A stretch of DNA of 64,000 nt from Centroscyllium fabricii (taxonomy: Eukaryota), in contig JBNRSN020000018.1 in the NCBI GenBank assembly GCA_051313645.2, forward strand, positions 81,592,001 to 81,656,000. The letters run 5' to 3'. This document shows positions 23,246-34,777 of the stretch, piece after piece. Every line of letters starts with the position of its first letter. The first letter of the stretch is position 1. A model generated the notes under the pieces. It was not told where the DNA came from, ran no database searches, and saw nothing but the letters and a program-made list of their open reading frames with translations. A program made the translations under genes and the position numbers.

Positions 23246-24721
23246 TTAAGCAAGAGTTGCATGCCAGAAAGGGGATAACGTATGAGGATAACAGCATCTT
23301 GTATTCTTTCTGCCCCACCGCTGGCCCTGCCAAGAATGTCCTGCACTGTCTTCTCCAAGGGGGTAAAGTGGGGGTAGGAATGGGAGGGTGTGCCTTGTGA
23401 TTGGTACAGATTGTTGTTGGGTGAATGATTATGGGGGTGGGTGACGGGGTTGTGCATTGAGCAGTGAGTCAGGCTAGTAGTGCAGTTGGTAGGAGACTAC
23501 TCTTGAACATGCATTCACTGACCTTGACCTCAGGTCTGAGGCCATGAGGCTTCTTTGGGCACTGGAGCCAGGTGGTGGGAGTGGCAGTGATGGCCTCAGT
23601 GATGTGATCCCACATTGTTTTTTCTGGAGGGCCTCCAAACCTCTGTGGGTAGAGGATCTCTCTTGCAATGTTGATCCCCTGCACAAAGCTAGAGTGCAGA
23701 GTGCGAGACCCTGGGGGCCCTTCCCTGGCTTGCTGAGCCGTTTGTTTTAGTGCTGAAGCACTTTTACCATTTTTTTTAGGTGCGCAAGACAATTCAGCTT
23801 TAAGAGGGGAAGACCACCATTTGGAATTTATTTTTAATGTTCATGTTTTTTTTGAAAGGCTGTAAGGGCTGAAAAATGCATTTTTTCACTTGATTTAATT
23901 TTTATTTGTTGGGAGCGCAGTGCCCCTTTAATTCATAGCCCTTTTAATTGCCCACAATTCATTGCAAACTCCACAGCCTCACTCCCAGAGGCTGCAAGAA
24001 GCTGCAACGCCGCTCCTGGACGGGAACTTCAGGTCGGATGCCTCCAATAACGCCACCAGGTAGCACTGCCGACATTTTCAGCAGCTGTAAATCCGAGGCT
24101 ATGTGACATCGGCAGGTTTCTGTCGATGTCCAATTTTTCCCCTATTATCTTTAGCAATCTGAAATCAAAGATAACCAAACCTTCCCAAAATGATTCTTAC
24201 TGGTATTTGTAATTTAAGACATGCAGTAAAGCCACAATTGGGACCACTAAGCATGTACAGGGTATTGCCATGGAGTGCCAAAGGTTTACTTGTGCTGCCT
24301 TTAGTTGTACACTCATTCTTATGAGGTCCGCTCTTAGTCTTTTCCTATAATGTCAATGTGCGCTCACGGAGTACACTCATTCTGTCATTGCATAATCTAT
24401 GCTTTCATCACCACAAGGTTACAACAAAATGAAGGAATTCAAGTGTATTGAAGCATTGCTGGTCACTTCTTGGTGTACACCCACCCCACCCCCCCATTAG
24501 GAAAGACAGGATGGCCAATGAATTACAAAATAGAATTTACTGTGCCATGTCTTGCCTTCCGGGCAATTTAGAATCTCAATGTTGATTGTGTAGCGCCAGC
24601 AAGGCCTAGGAACCACACGTGAGCGAGAGAGCTGAAGAAAACACTAGTTTAATGTACAAGAGTTAAACAGGAAAGAGAGTGAACCACTCGCAACAAGCAT
24701 ATTTAAACTGCCCGCCGTTGG

Positions 24722-24755
24722 TGACGTCAGCGCGTCGGCAGAAGTGGTGACGTCA
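24722..24755. promoter_or_regulatory. Two palindromic CRE sites in the LTR
   Basis: TGACGTCA at 24722-24729 and 24748-24755. The other LTR keeps one perfect site (28304-28311) and one variant. Confidence 0.5.
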
Positions 24756-24877
24756 TCGCGTCACCCGGATGATCGGGGCTCTGCTCCGCGGACTTCCCGT
24801 GGCGGATTCGGTGCCCCAGTGGGCGTGCCGCCACACAGCTCCCCCCAGAATCCGTCCGGGAGGAATAGGAAAAGAGT

Positions 24878-26707
24878 CTAAGTGAGCCGTTGGGGTGGCC
24901 GGATGATGCGGCCGGACCGTGTTGCGTGTTGCCTCTGGTTCTGCGGTGGAGTGTGGGCGGGTTTTGCTGCGGGAGGGCGTCCGCGTTGCGGTGGTTGCGC
25001 GGGGGCTGTCGTCTCGCCCGCTATAACGTGTGCCGGCTTGAGCCGGTCTATTGTAACAGTTTCTGTCCTGTTGCCCATTTGCAGCTGAAAAGCTTTAGCT
25101 CCCGCCCGAAGCACTCTATAGGGGCCATCGTATGGTGGCTGTAGTGGAGAATGGTGTCCGTCGCGCCGGACGAACACGAATTTTGCGTTTTTGATGCCGT
25201 CCGGCACTCGTGCTACCGGCTCTCCATGCCGGGCCACTGGTAGTGGCTGGAAGGCTCGTGCCGGGTTGGCGAAGTCTTTTAAATACTGGTCGGCTGACCA
25301 GGGAGCGTTTGGCTCGGCTAGGAACTCGCCCGGCACTGTTAGGGCTTGGCCGTAGACGAGTTCCGCTGCCGAGGCGTTTAGGTCCTCTTTAACTGCTGAG
25401 CGCAGCCCGAGGAGAACCCATGGGAGGCGGTCGGTCCACGACGCGTCCTTGAGGGTGGCTCGCAGTAATGCCTTCATTGAGCGGTGGAACCGTTCACATA
25501 GTCCGTTCGCTTGTGGGTGGTATGCGGTGGTTCGATGTAGTGTTACCCCGAGGTCGCGGGCGATGGCCGCCCATAACGCTGACGTGAACTGGGGTCCTCT
25601 GTCGGAGGTGATGTCGGTGGGCACGCCGAAACGGGCGACCCAGGTGGCGATGAACGCCCTGGCCAAGTCCGTGGTGCCGGTGGCGGTGAGGGGGACTGCT
25701 TCTGGCCAGCGAGTGTTGCGGTCGACCATGGTCATTACGTGCGTGATGCCCTGGGATGGCGGTAGTGGCCCGACGAGATCGATCTGGACGTGGTCAAAGC
25801 GTCTGGCCGGCACTTTAAAAGTTTCCAGCGGTGCCCTGATGTGCTTATGCACTTTGGAGCGCTGGCAGGCAATGCAGGAGCTGGCCCAGGCGCGGACGTC
25901 CTTGCGCAGGCCGCGCCATACGAACCGGGCCGAGATAAGTTTGATGGACGCGCGGGTGCCGGGGTGGGACAGGTCATGGAGGGTATTGAATATGTGTCGC
26001 CTCCAAGCGTGGGGGACGACGGGCCTGGGCTGCGGCAGGGATACGTCGCAGCAGACGACGGTGGCAGCGGGGCCGTGCGCGATATTGGCCAAGTGAAGGC
26101 CGGGGAGATTTGCTGCTGAGTTGAGCAGGTCGGGGTCGGCCAGCTGGTCAGCGGCCAGCTGGGCGTAATCGACCGCCATTTGGGCGGCGTTAATGGTGGG
26201 GCGTGAGAGGCAGTCAGCGACCACGTTATCGCGGCCGGAAAAGTGCTGGATGTCGGTTGTAAATTCCGACACGGCCGCGAGTTGGCGCTGCTGCCTGGCC
26301 GACCAGGGTTCGGCGACCTTAGCCATCGCAAACGTGAGTGGCTTATGGTCGACAAAGGCTGTGAAGTGGCGGCCCTCCAGGAGGAAGCGAAAATGTCGCA
26401 CTGCCAGATGGAGAGCGAGGAGCTCCCTATCGAAGGCGCTGTACTTAACCTCTGGGGGCCGGAGTTGCCGGCTGAAAAAGGCCAGGGGCTGCCACGAGTT
26501 GCCGGTCCACTGCTCAAATATGGCCCCGACCGCGTGGTCGGAGGCGTCGGTGGTTAGGGCTACTCTGGCGTTGGGCCTAGGGTGGGCTAAGAGGGTGGCG
26601 TTTGCCAGGGCGGTTTTAGTTGCGGTGAAGGCGGTGGCGGCGTCGGCCGTCCACTCGACCGCAGTCTTGTTGGACTGCCCGCGTGTGGCCTGGTATAAGG
26701 GGGCCAT
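24878..26707 (-). CDS. Connection/RNase H/integrase ORF (609 aa)
   Basis: TDAS, YSAFDRELLA, DHKPL, NVVADCLSR, HHCC zinc finger, DDE core (IDLVGP, SDRG, NGLCERFHR) and GPY module. Confidence 0.93.
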   Translation of the reverse strand: MAPLYQATRGQSNKTAVEWTADAATAFTATKTALANATLLAHPRPNARVALTTDASDHAVGAIFEQWTGNSWQPLAFFSRQLRPPEVKYSAFDRELLALHLAVRHFRFLLEGRHFTAFVDHKPLTFAMAKVAEPWSARQQRQLAAVSEFTTDIQHFSGRDNVVADCLSRPTINAAQMAVDYAQLAADQLADPDLLNSAANLPGLHLANIAHGPAATVVCCDVSLPQPRPVVPHAWRRHIFNTLHDLSHPGTRASIKLISARFVWRGLRKDVRAWASSCIACQRSKVHKHIRAPLETFKVPARRFDHVQIDLVGPLPPSQGITHVMTMVDRNTRWPEAVPLTATGTTDLARAFIATWVARFGVPTDITSDRGPQFTSALWAAIARDLGVTLHRTTAYHPQANGLCERFHRSMKALLRATLKDASWTDRLPWVLLGLRSAVKEDLNASAAELVYGQALTVPGEFLAEPNAPWSADQYLKDFANPARAFQPLPVARHGEPVARVPDGIKNAKFVFVRRDGHHSPLQPPYDGPYRVLRAGAKAFQLQMGNRTETVTIDRLKPAHVIAGETTAPAQPPQRGRPPAAKPAHTPPQNQRQHATRSGRIIRPPQRLT

Positions 26708-28079
26708 GGTGAAGAGGAGAGGCCCAGGGGCTGTTGGAGCGGCGGATTATCCCGAGTTGCTCCATGGTGCGGAACTCGGTGCGCGCAATCTCCTGTTTGG
26801 CCGGGTCGAGCCTGTGGGCATGGACGGGAGGGCCTGTGGTAGTGATAAAGTGTTCTACCCCGTGTTTGGCCTGGCGGGCGGTGAACGTGGGGTTGGTTAG
26901 GGCGGGGAACTCCGCAAGGAGTGTGCCGTAGGCATCGGAGTTCCGAGAGCGGCATTGGGCTGCCGTGTGGGCCAGGAGTGTGGGCCCTGTGGAGCATGGG
27001 ATGGTCGACATGTTATGCATGTTGACCAAGCGGTGCCGGGTCACATCGACCAGCAGGCCGTAGGCGCAGAGGAAATCTGCCCCGAGGAGGGGTGAAGTGA
27101 CCTGGGCTGTGATGAAGTCCCAGGTGTACGTGTGGCCTGCAAGTGTAATTATGAGCTTGCGTGTGCCGTACGTTTTAATACTGGAGCCGTTGGCCGCTGC
27201 GAGTGGCGGGCCCCGTGTGCCTTGTTTGGTTTCTGCAGGGGAGGCTGGCACGATGCTGTGCTGCGCGCCTGTGTCGCAGAGGAACCTGAGGCCTGTGGCT
27301 CTGCCTGTAACAAAGAGCAGTGCTCCTGTGTGTCCTACAGACATAGTGGGGGCTGGAGTGGGCCGTGGCTTGAATGCGCATGGCTGGACGCAGCGGTGCG
27401 CTTTGCTATCGAACCGCGTGTGGTAGTAGCACCAGCCGGTGCTAGAGGGACGCGGTTGCCTGGGTGGGCGCGGGGCCCTAGGTTCAGGCGTAAAGTTAGG
27501 CCTGGGGGGTGATTGGTTGCGCTCTACCGATGCGGAGTTAGGGTCGCACGTGGTTGAGCGGGTGCGCTGCGCCTCCATGAGCCTGTCGGCTTCCTCAGCT
27601 AGCTCATCGTCGCTCAGTTGGCCAAGGGCCGCCAAGGCCGGTCTGATGGAGCGGGGCAGTTTAAGGAGGAAGACGGTGCGGAACAGGGAGGCGGGATTGG
27701 CCGTAAGCGCTTGCATCTGACCTAAGAGGTCCGATGGGTCTGCGTCCCCGAGTTCGGGGAGGCCAAGGAGCTGGCAGTCGCGCTCAAATTGAGAGGGTGT
27801 AAAAAAAATTATGAGCGCTGCCTTAAGGGATTCGGACCTGCCTGTAGTGGGCACACGCTGTATTTTTGACCACATCCGATCGATCGTCGATTGCGGTAGG
27901 GCTGAGAAGACCAGGTTGTAGCGGTCGTCCCCCTGGATGCCATGTGTGCGGCAGCTGGTCTCGATGCACATAAACCAGGCCGCTGGCCGTTGCTCCCAGA
28001 ACTCTGGTAGAGTTAGTCTGTGTCCGAAGTTCTGGCCAAGTCCCTGTGTTCGTGGAGCTTGGTTCCTTGCTCTTGCCAT
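26616..28079 (-). CDS. Gag-protease ORF with the start of RT (out of frame after about 26705)
   Basis: LPEFWEQRPAAWF gag start, CYYHTRF...C motif, protease FLCDTGA and LLGADFL, RT start GIIRRSNSPWASPLH. Confidence 0.9.
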   Translation of the reverse strand: MARARNQAPRTQGLGQNFGHRLTLPEFWEQRPAAWFMCIETSCRTHGIQGDDRYNLVFSALPQSTIDRMWSKIQRVPTTGRSESLKAALIIFFTPSQFERDCQLLGLPELGDADPSDLLGQMQALTANPASLFRTVFLLKLPRSIRPALAALGQLSDDELAEEADRLMEAQRTRSTTCDPNSASVERNQSPPRPNFTPEPRAPRPPRQPRPSSTGWCYYHTRFDSKAHRCVQPCAFKPRPTPAPTMSVGHTGALLFVTGRATGLRFLCDTGAQHSIVPASPAETKQGTRGPPLAAANGSSIKTYGTRKLIITLAGHTYTWDFITAQVTSPLLGADFLCAYGLLVDVTRHRLVNMHNMSTIPCSTGPTLLAHTAAQCRSRNSDAYGTLLAEFPALTNPTFTARQAKHGVEHFITTTGPPVHAHRLDPAKQEIARTEFRTMEQLGIIRRSNSPWASPLHHGPLIPGHTRAVQQDCGRVDGRRRHRLHRN

Positions 28080-28789
28080 GGTTTCTGTTTTAAAATGTTC
28101 TTTGGCTGGTGATCCTTGATCCTGCGGCAGCTTTTTTCTTTTGGAAGTCGTTCCAATTCGGGGTCACCACTGTAGCGCCAGCAAGGCCTAGGAACCACAC
28201 GTGAGCCAGAGAGCTGAAGAAAACACTAGTTTAATGTACAAGAGTTAAACAGGAAAGAGAGTGAACCACTCGCAACAAGCATATTTAAACTGCCCGCCGT
28301 TGGTGACGTCAGCGCGTCGGCAGACGTGGTGACGTCGTCGCGTCACCCGGATGATCGGGGCTCTGCTCCGCGGAGTTCCCCTGGCGGATTCGGTGCCCCA
28401 GTGGGCGTGCCGCCACAATTGGCTGCTTCATGTCTGCTACACAGTCATTGCAGAGGGAGATAAACATGTTGACACCCTCTAGTATCTCTTCTCAGAGTTT
28501 TATTTGTATATGTTTATGTTCATTGAAGCAACTTTGTCTTCTCAAAGCTAATTGCAAGTCTACAGGCACTGTCAACATCACGCACTTCAGCGATTTCTTT
28601 TGAAGGTTTTTCTCTGTGACCAAAATAAATGCAATATTATTGGTGAGTGTCAAGATGTTCAATTGATCACACATGTTAAAACTTGCAACCATCTCCTTCA
28701 CATTCACAAGCATGACCACAAGTGTAATCTATGGTGATAATGCACACGGCTGTGTTTTTGCTACTGCTTTTACATTTAAATTACCATAA

Positions 28790-29525
28790 ATAGAAAGAAC
28801 TAGCATTTATCTCACGTTTCACGACCTCAGAGCGTCCCAAACCACTTTACAGCCAATTAAGTTGCTGTTGTAATGTAGGAAACACAGCAGCCAATTTGCA
28901 CACAAGGTTCCACAAACAGCAAATAGATAAATGACCAGATTATCTGTTGTTAGTGGTGCTGGTTGAGGGATAAATATTGGCCAAGGATCTTTTACGTCCA
29001 CCTGAGAAGGATTATGGGGGTGTAGTTTAATGTCTCATCTGAAAGATGGCACCTCTGACAGTGCAGCATTCCCTTATTATTGCACTGAAGTATCAACCTA
29101 AATTATGTGCTTAAGTCCCTGGAGTGGGACTTGAATCAAATATATCCATACACATATCTAGATAAAAGGACACCAGTTGCTTGTACTTCTCAGGTAAACC
29201 GTGTCTGCGTGGGTTTCCTCCGGGTGCTCCGGTTTCCTCCCACAGTCCAAAGATGTGCGGGTTAGGTTGATTGGCCATGATAAATTGACCCTTAGTATTA
29301 GGGGGATTGAATATGTGGGGTTACGGGGATAGGGTGGGATATGTGTCAGGTGCAGGCTCGATAGGGATCGAGGGATATTGGGAGAAGGCAGGGACAGGGT
29401 ACTGAGATTGGATGATCAGCCATGATCTCATTGAATGGCGGAGCAGGCTCAAAGGGCTGAATGGCCTACTCCTGCTCCTATCTTCTATGTTTCTATGTTC
29501 TGACTAAGAGGCAAGAATGCTACCT
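28790..29525 (-). mobile_element. Deu-domain tRNA SINE (SacSINE1-like), interrupted by an HE1 SINE
   Basis: Reverse complement of GTCAGA...TTCAAGTCCCACTCCAG...GAGGTGCCATCTTTCAGATGAGACATTAAAC with an L2-like tail. The 5' end resumes at 29499. Confidence 0.75.
29199..29498 (+). mobile_element. 5'-truncated HE1-type SINE
   Basis: Starts in the central CCGTGTCTGCGTGGGTTTCC domain and ends CTATGTTTCTATGTT. Confidence 0.9.
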
Positions 29526-29696
29526 AAATATGCATATGCTGTTAAAAGCTAAGTACATTAATCTTTTTATGCAGGTCATTTAGTCCAATTTCTATGTATT
29601 TTTAGTATTTTGGTACGGAACTGTTTAGTTGTACAGCGCTTAAGTCAAAAGATTGATTATATATTTTATTTGTTGCAAATGGAGTCTGTAAGGAAC

Positions 29697-32220
29697 TGAT
29701 GCGCGATCAATTATACTCGAGGCGAAGTTGAGAATACAACTGAGGCTTTTATTCACTAAGAACCCTGGACATCGTTAGACTGACCGGCGACTCCTTGTAC
29801 TGGGTCAGGCTCCCGGAGCTTGGCCTTTATCAGGTAGGCTAGGGGCGGAGTCAGCTTCAGGCATGCCCGGGCATGTATACACACAGGCAAAAGGCAACTA
29901 TATACAATAGTGGTTCACCACATTCACCCCTTCTTTAAAAATGAGTCCAGCGGGGTGAAGTGAGACAAGTCAAGTGTACATGAGTCTTTCAGGAGGTCTG
30001 GTACGCCTCTGTGATCGTCGTGGCTGCGGTGCTGGTTCCACGTCTTCGTCCGTACGGGGGCAGTCAGTGATCGGCGGCTGGGCCCTTGGATCCGGCGCGC
30101 AGTGTACAGGGGCTAGGGGAGAAAGATCGGACGCAGGCGCCTCCCGGGGGGTGGTGGGTTGCAAAAGGGGGGGGGGGGTGGCGGGGCTCGGCAGCATCGG
30201 GGGCACCCGAGGGGGCGCGGTCCCGAATAGAAACGGTGTCCTCCCGCCTGTCCGGATACGCAAGGTAGGCGTATTGGGGGTTTGCGTGGAGGAGTTGGAC
30301 TCCTTCGACGAGGGTGTCCATCTTATGGCTCCTGACGTGTTTCCGGAGCAAGACAACTCCTGGGGAGGTCAGCCAAGATGGGAGCGATGTCCCCGATGTG
30401 GACTTCCTGGGGAAGACAAACATTTTTTCATGAGGGGTGGCGTTTATGGCAGTGCAGAGGAGGGATCGGATAGCGTGGAGTGCATCCGGGAGAACATATT
30501 GCCAGTGCGAGACTGGAAGGCCCCTGGACTTTAGGGAGGCAGGGTGGCCTTCCAGACGGTAGCGTTCTCCTGCTCTTAGTGGCTATGGGTTTACAGTCTG
30601 GGGTGAGGTTAGCGAACAGTGGGGGAGGGGCGACCTTGAGGGTCGAGAGGCTGCAGACGGCACGCGGTGGGCGGTTTGAGGGCTTCTTGCTACGGACAGT
30701 GAAGGGGGGGAGGGGCCCCCCGTACGCCATCGTAACGCTATTAAGGTGGGTTTGGAAGTCTAACCCCAGGAGGACGGCCGCGCAGAGGTTGGCTAGGACC
30801 AGGAGTTTGAAATCCTTGTACACTGTGCCACTCACCGACAGGGTTACCACGCAGTAACCGCCGACATCCGCGGTCTGGGATTTGGAAGCGAGGGAGATGC
30901 GCGGGTGCATGGGCCGAGTGGCGAGCGAGAGGCGGCGCACCGTATTGGGGTGAACAAAGCTTGCCGTGCTCCCTGAGTCAAACAGGCAGTTCGTGGCGCA
31001 GCCGTTTACCTTAATGTCCATCATCGACTTTGTGAGGTGGTGGGGCCCAGACTGGTCCAAGGTAACGGAAGCCAGTACCGCGGCTGGTGGCTCATCGCAG
31101 TCAGTCAGGGAGCCGGGTCGGTCTGTGGCTGCAGGCTTCCAAGATGGCTGCTCCCATGAGTCGCACATGGTGGGGGTTGTCCAAGATGGCCATGAGTTCG
31201 GTTCGCACGTGGCGCTGCTGGGCCTGGGGGACGACTTGCAGACGCTCGCGTAGTGTCCCTTCTGGCAACGCGTGCACGTAGCATCCTTCGCCGGACAGCG
31301 CTGTCTGGAGTGCTTCACTTGGCCGCGGTGGTCGGGCTGTTCACGAGGTAAGGCGAAGGTGGCGCGGCGTAAGGCGTCGGGCCTGGCGTGTTCCACGCTG
31401 GCGGCTCCCGTGAGGTCCATGGGGCGGCCATGTGTGCGTACGACTCCATACTCCGATCTGACCCTTCGAGTGCGAGTCCGATGTCTGTAGCCTTCTTCAG
31501 AGACAGTTTCCCCAGTTCCAGTAGTCTCTTCCGGGTGTAGTCCGATTGTACGCCGGTGACGATGGCGTCTCGGACTAACAGCTCCCTGTGCTCATCTGCC
31601 GAGGCCGTTTCGCAGTTGCAGGCTCTGCTGAGCTCCGCCAGGGCCCGCACAAAGCCAGTGAAACTCTCCCCGGGCCGTTGTTTGCGAGTCAGCAGGAGGT
31701 GCCTGGCATAAACCGTGTTAGTCGGCCGCTCGTACTGCTCCTTGAGGAGGGCCATCGCCGATGTGCAGGAGGTCATTCCCTTGATGAGTTGGAACACCCG
31801 GTGACGGAGCCGTGACTGCAGAAACAAGAGTTTCTGGGCGTCCCTCTGGACGGTGCTGGCGGAGGTCGCCAGGAATCCCTCAAAGCAGGTTAACCAGTGG
31901 GAGAAGCTGCTCGGCGCCTCTGGTGCGCTCGGGTCGAGTTCCAGGGTGGATAGCTTCAGGAGAGCGTCCATCTCAAAACTCTTCGTGAATAAAATTGATG
32001 CGCGATCAATTATACTCGAGGCGAGGTTGAGAGTACAACTGAGGCTTTTATTCACTAAGAACCCTGGACATCCTTAGACTGACGGCGACTCCTTGTACTG
32101 GGCCAGGCTCCCGGAGCTTGGCCTTTATCAGGTAGGCTAGGGGCGGAGTCAGCTTCAGGCATGCCCGGGCATGTATACACACAGGCAAAAGGCAACTATA
32201 TACAACAGTGGTTTACCACA
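29697..32220 (-). mobile_element. Internally deleted Gypsy LTR retrotransposon (Gag-PR fused to the integrase tail), no tRNA PBS
   Basis: LTRs at 29697-29922 and 31996-32220, 5-bp TSD GGAAC, PPT GAAGGGGTGAA. Gag ATG at 31971, protease LFDSGS. Junction KPIATKSR|ENATVWKA near 30568. Confidence 0.93.
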
Positions 32221-32799
32221 GGAACATAATCTAAATCTCAGTATTTTAAGTCACATATTTATTTCTTCATAAAATTCAACAATTAAATGAGTTGAAGACC
32301 AAGCAGCTAACTGGGATTGTTAAACTGGTTTGATTGAGGTTTCATTTGAAACCCTTATTGTTTAGTTCAACTTAAACTCACATCCTCCTCTGTTTCTATT
32401 CGATCTGTAAATTACCAGAAATTATCTCATTCTTCATTGCAAATGATGCAGTGCAATAAAGTCTCAGGTATGCGTAGAACATAGAAACTGAGCTCTAACA
32501 TAAACTCATGGAGCCCAAAGTTTGTGTGATGCAAAAGTGGTGTTGGCGTAGGAGACTGGAATTTGAGGCACCTGTCGGACACATCAGAATTACATCTATC
32601 CTAAAATAGAGGTTAAATTCCGATAGAATTGGCTGCTAGCCCCCAAAGTGGTGCAGGTATGCAAATTACTGAGGGTGAAAGTTGCTGTCCTCGAAATTAT
32701 GCCTTTTGCATCAGAATTACACCTGACTTAAGTTAAGCTTGTAGAAAAGAGGGGCAAGATATCTGCTAACATTCCATTAGCCTTTTTAATAATTTTTTG

Positions 32800-33085
32800 C
32801 ACCTGTCCATTAACTTTTAGTGATTTCTGTACTTGGATCCCTAAATCTCTCTGCTACTCCACAGTTCCTAGCTTTTAACCGTTTAGAAAATACCATGACC
32901 TATCTTTCTTAGGTTCAAAGTGGGTGACCTCACACTTCTCCACTTTAAGCTCCATCTGCCACAGTTTTGCCCACTCACTTAATCTATCAGTGTCCCTTTT
33001 TAACTTTTATCTATACTACTTACTGTGCCACCTAACTTAGTGTCATCGGCAAACTTGGATATACGGCTCTCTATTCCTTCATCTA
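32800..33085 (-). mobile_element. Degraded CR1 RT fragment
   Basis: The minus strand reads [12 protein letters not shown]...WADG...KCEVTHF. Confidence 0.75.
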
Positions 33086-33609
33086 GGATATCATATTGTA
33101 TCATGAGCCTCTTCGGATTAAAGGCATTCATTTATAGTTGTCTCTCAAATGCCTGAAACCAGAATTATGCTGTAGTGCATGTTGATGTATAGGCAAACAT
33201 AGCAGCTATTAGGGGTGTAATAAGATCCCTCAAACCTAAGTAAGGTGAATCTGTTTTTGGTGGTATTGGCAAAAAACATTGGAAAAAAACTGGCTGCTCT
33301 TATAGTACCACAGGGATCTTTAAGTCCACCTGAAGCACTGGAACAGGCAGATGAGATCTAGATTTAACTTTTTTTTAAAGTTTGTTCAGTAAATGATCAA
33401 ATGTTAGCAGTCACTGGCCAATTACACATTATTGGAATACAACTCCTTTCTATGCATGCAGGCCATTGCATTATGGCTAAGTGCCCAGATGCCCCCTGAG
33501 GTGCCATCAATCATTCCATATATTTTCAGAAAGCTTGCATCTGGTAGAGTTGAGCAGCCGTGTCATACTGCTGCTGCTAAAATAATAATAGGAAAAAGCC
33601 AAGCTGTCA

Positions 33610-34101
33610 TTCGGCATCCTCTCCAACTTCTACCGCTGCACAATCGAAAGCATACTGACAAGCTGCATCACAGTCTGGTATGGAAACTGCACCATCTCGG
33701 ACCGGAAGGTCCTGCAGCGGGTAGTCAAAACTGCTCAACGTATCACCGGCACCCAGCTACCGTCAATTGAATGCACCTACCTCAAACGCTGCCTATGGAG
33801 GTCTCTGAGCATTATTAAAGACCCCACACAGCCCAGCCACAGTCTGTTCGCCCCCCTGCCCTCCGGGAGACGCTACAGATCAATTCGCACCCGCACGACT
33901 AGATTCAAGAACAGCTTCTTCCCCAGGGCTGTCAGTCTCCTGAACTCTAACAAAAAACTCCAGTATCTGCACACCTGAAATGTACCTTACTGTATGCAAT
34001 TGTATGTAAATTATTTGCACTACTCTTGGGAGCGGCAAGTCTTCGTTTCGTTGTATTGTACTGGTACTCTGCAATGACAATAAAACTTGAATTGAATTGA
34101 A
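33610..34101 (+). mobile_element. Rex1/Babar-type LINE 3' fragment
   Basis: FYRCTIESILTSCITVWYGN...SIIKDPTQPSHSLFAPLPSGRRYRSIRTRTTRFKNSFFPRAV, then AATAAA and a (TTGAA)n tail. Confidence 0.88.
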
Positions 34102-34189
34102 CAGAAAACGCTGGAGAAACTCAGCAGGCCAGGCAGCATCGGTGGAGAGCGAAACAGAGTCCCATACTGCTGCTGCTGTTCAGTGGGGA

Positions 34190-34620
34190 AGGAAATTAGA
34201 ACACTGTTACTCCTGAATAAAGCATTAGTCATCTTATTACTGGACACCTGTAAACACCACATTGGCTGACACTGCCTGTATTAGCCTGGAAGGCACCAGA
34301 GGCTTAAGAATTGAGGATTGTGGTCACCTTGTCGGCCACTGGCAATGCAGTCCCTATGTTTGAGGTTGTTTGCAGGTCTTTGTGAAATAGATGACATAGC
34401 TCTGTAGCTGACTCCCTGCTGAACTTGAGCCTCTGGAGACAGTACTGTTCACTTATTGTCAGGTAGCTGTGCCTCAGCCTGTGGATGTGATGGGTGTTGA
34501 CAGTATGCATCTGGTGCCGTCTGACTCTTGGCAGCTCTTCTCTGCTCCTGTTCATCGTCCTCTGCTAAGCCAAGTGCCAGGGGAGCACTGAAGGCAACTC
34601 TGATTGTATTGTACTGTAGA
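34190..34620 (-). pseudogene. Eroded Harbinger (HARBI1-like) transposase N-terminal fragment
   Basis: YLTISEQYCLQRLKFSRESATELCHL...TALPVADKVTTILNS*ASGAFQ matches the Harbinger transposase N-terminal/HTH pattern. Confidence 0.75.
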
Positions 34621-34777
34621 TTTCTGCCATCTCATTTGCCATTAGATGTTGCATAAGAATGGCCTGGGAGAAACTGCCCTCTGATCCTTTTCCAACTGTT
34701 CCTGTGGGTAATGGCTGTTGTGAGACTAAATCCCATGCGCCCTAAGGTTATGTGACATCACATGAGAGCTTTCTTAA

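Larger units (their letters stand above)
21941..24142 (-). mobile_element. Older PIF/Harbinger-type element with an eroded Myb-like gene
   Basis: Ends GGGGAGAAATT / AATTTTTCCCC. Myb remnant MWDHITEAITATPTTWLQCPKK (23469-23792) and FTPLEKTVQDIL. No clear TSD. Confidence 0.6.
24589..28417 (-). mobile_element. Young Gypsy LTR retrotransposon with the RT core deleted
   Basis: 247-bp LTRs at 24589-24835 and 28171-28417, about 5 differences by eye, TG..CA ends, 4-bp TSD ATTG. PBS TGGTGACCCCGA (tRNA-Trp type). PPT TGGGGGGAGCTG. Confidence 0.95.

Noticed and set aside
25449-26900. Long antisense and alternative-frame ORFs over the Gypsy pol
   Set aside because: Expected shadows of GC-rich coding sequence, with no independent motifs.
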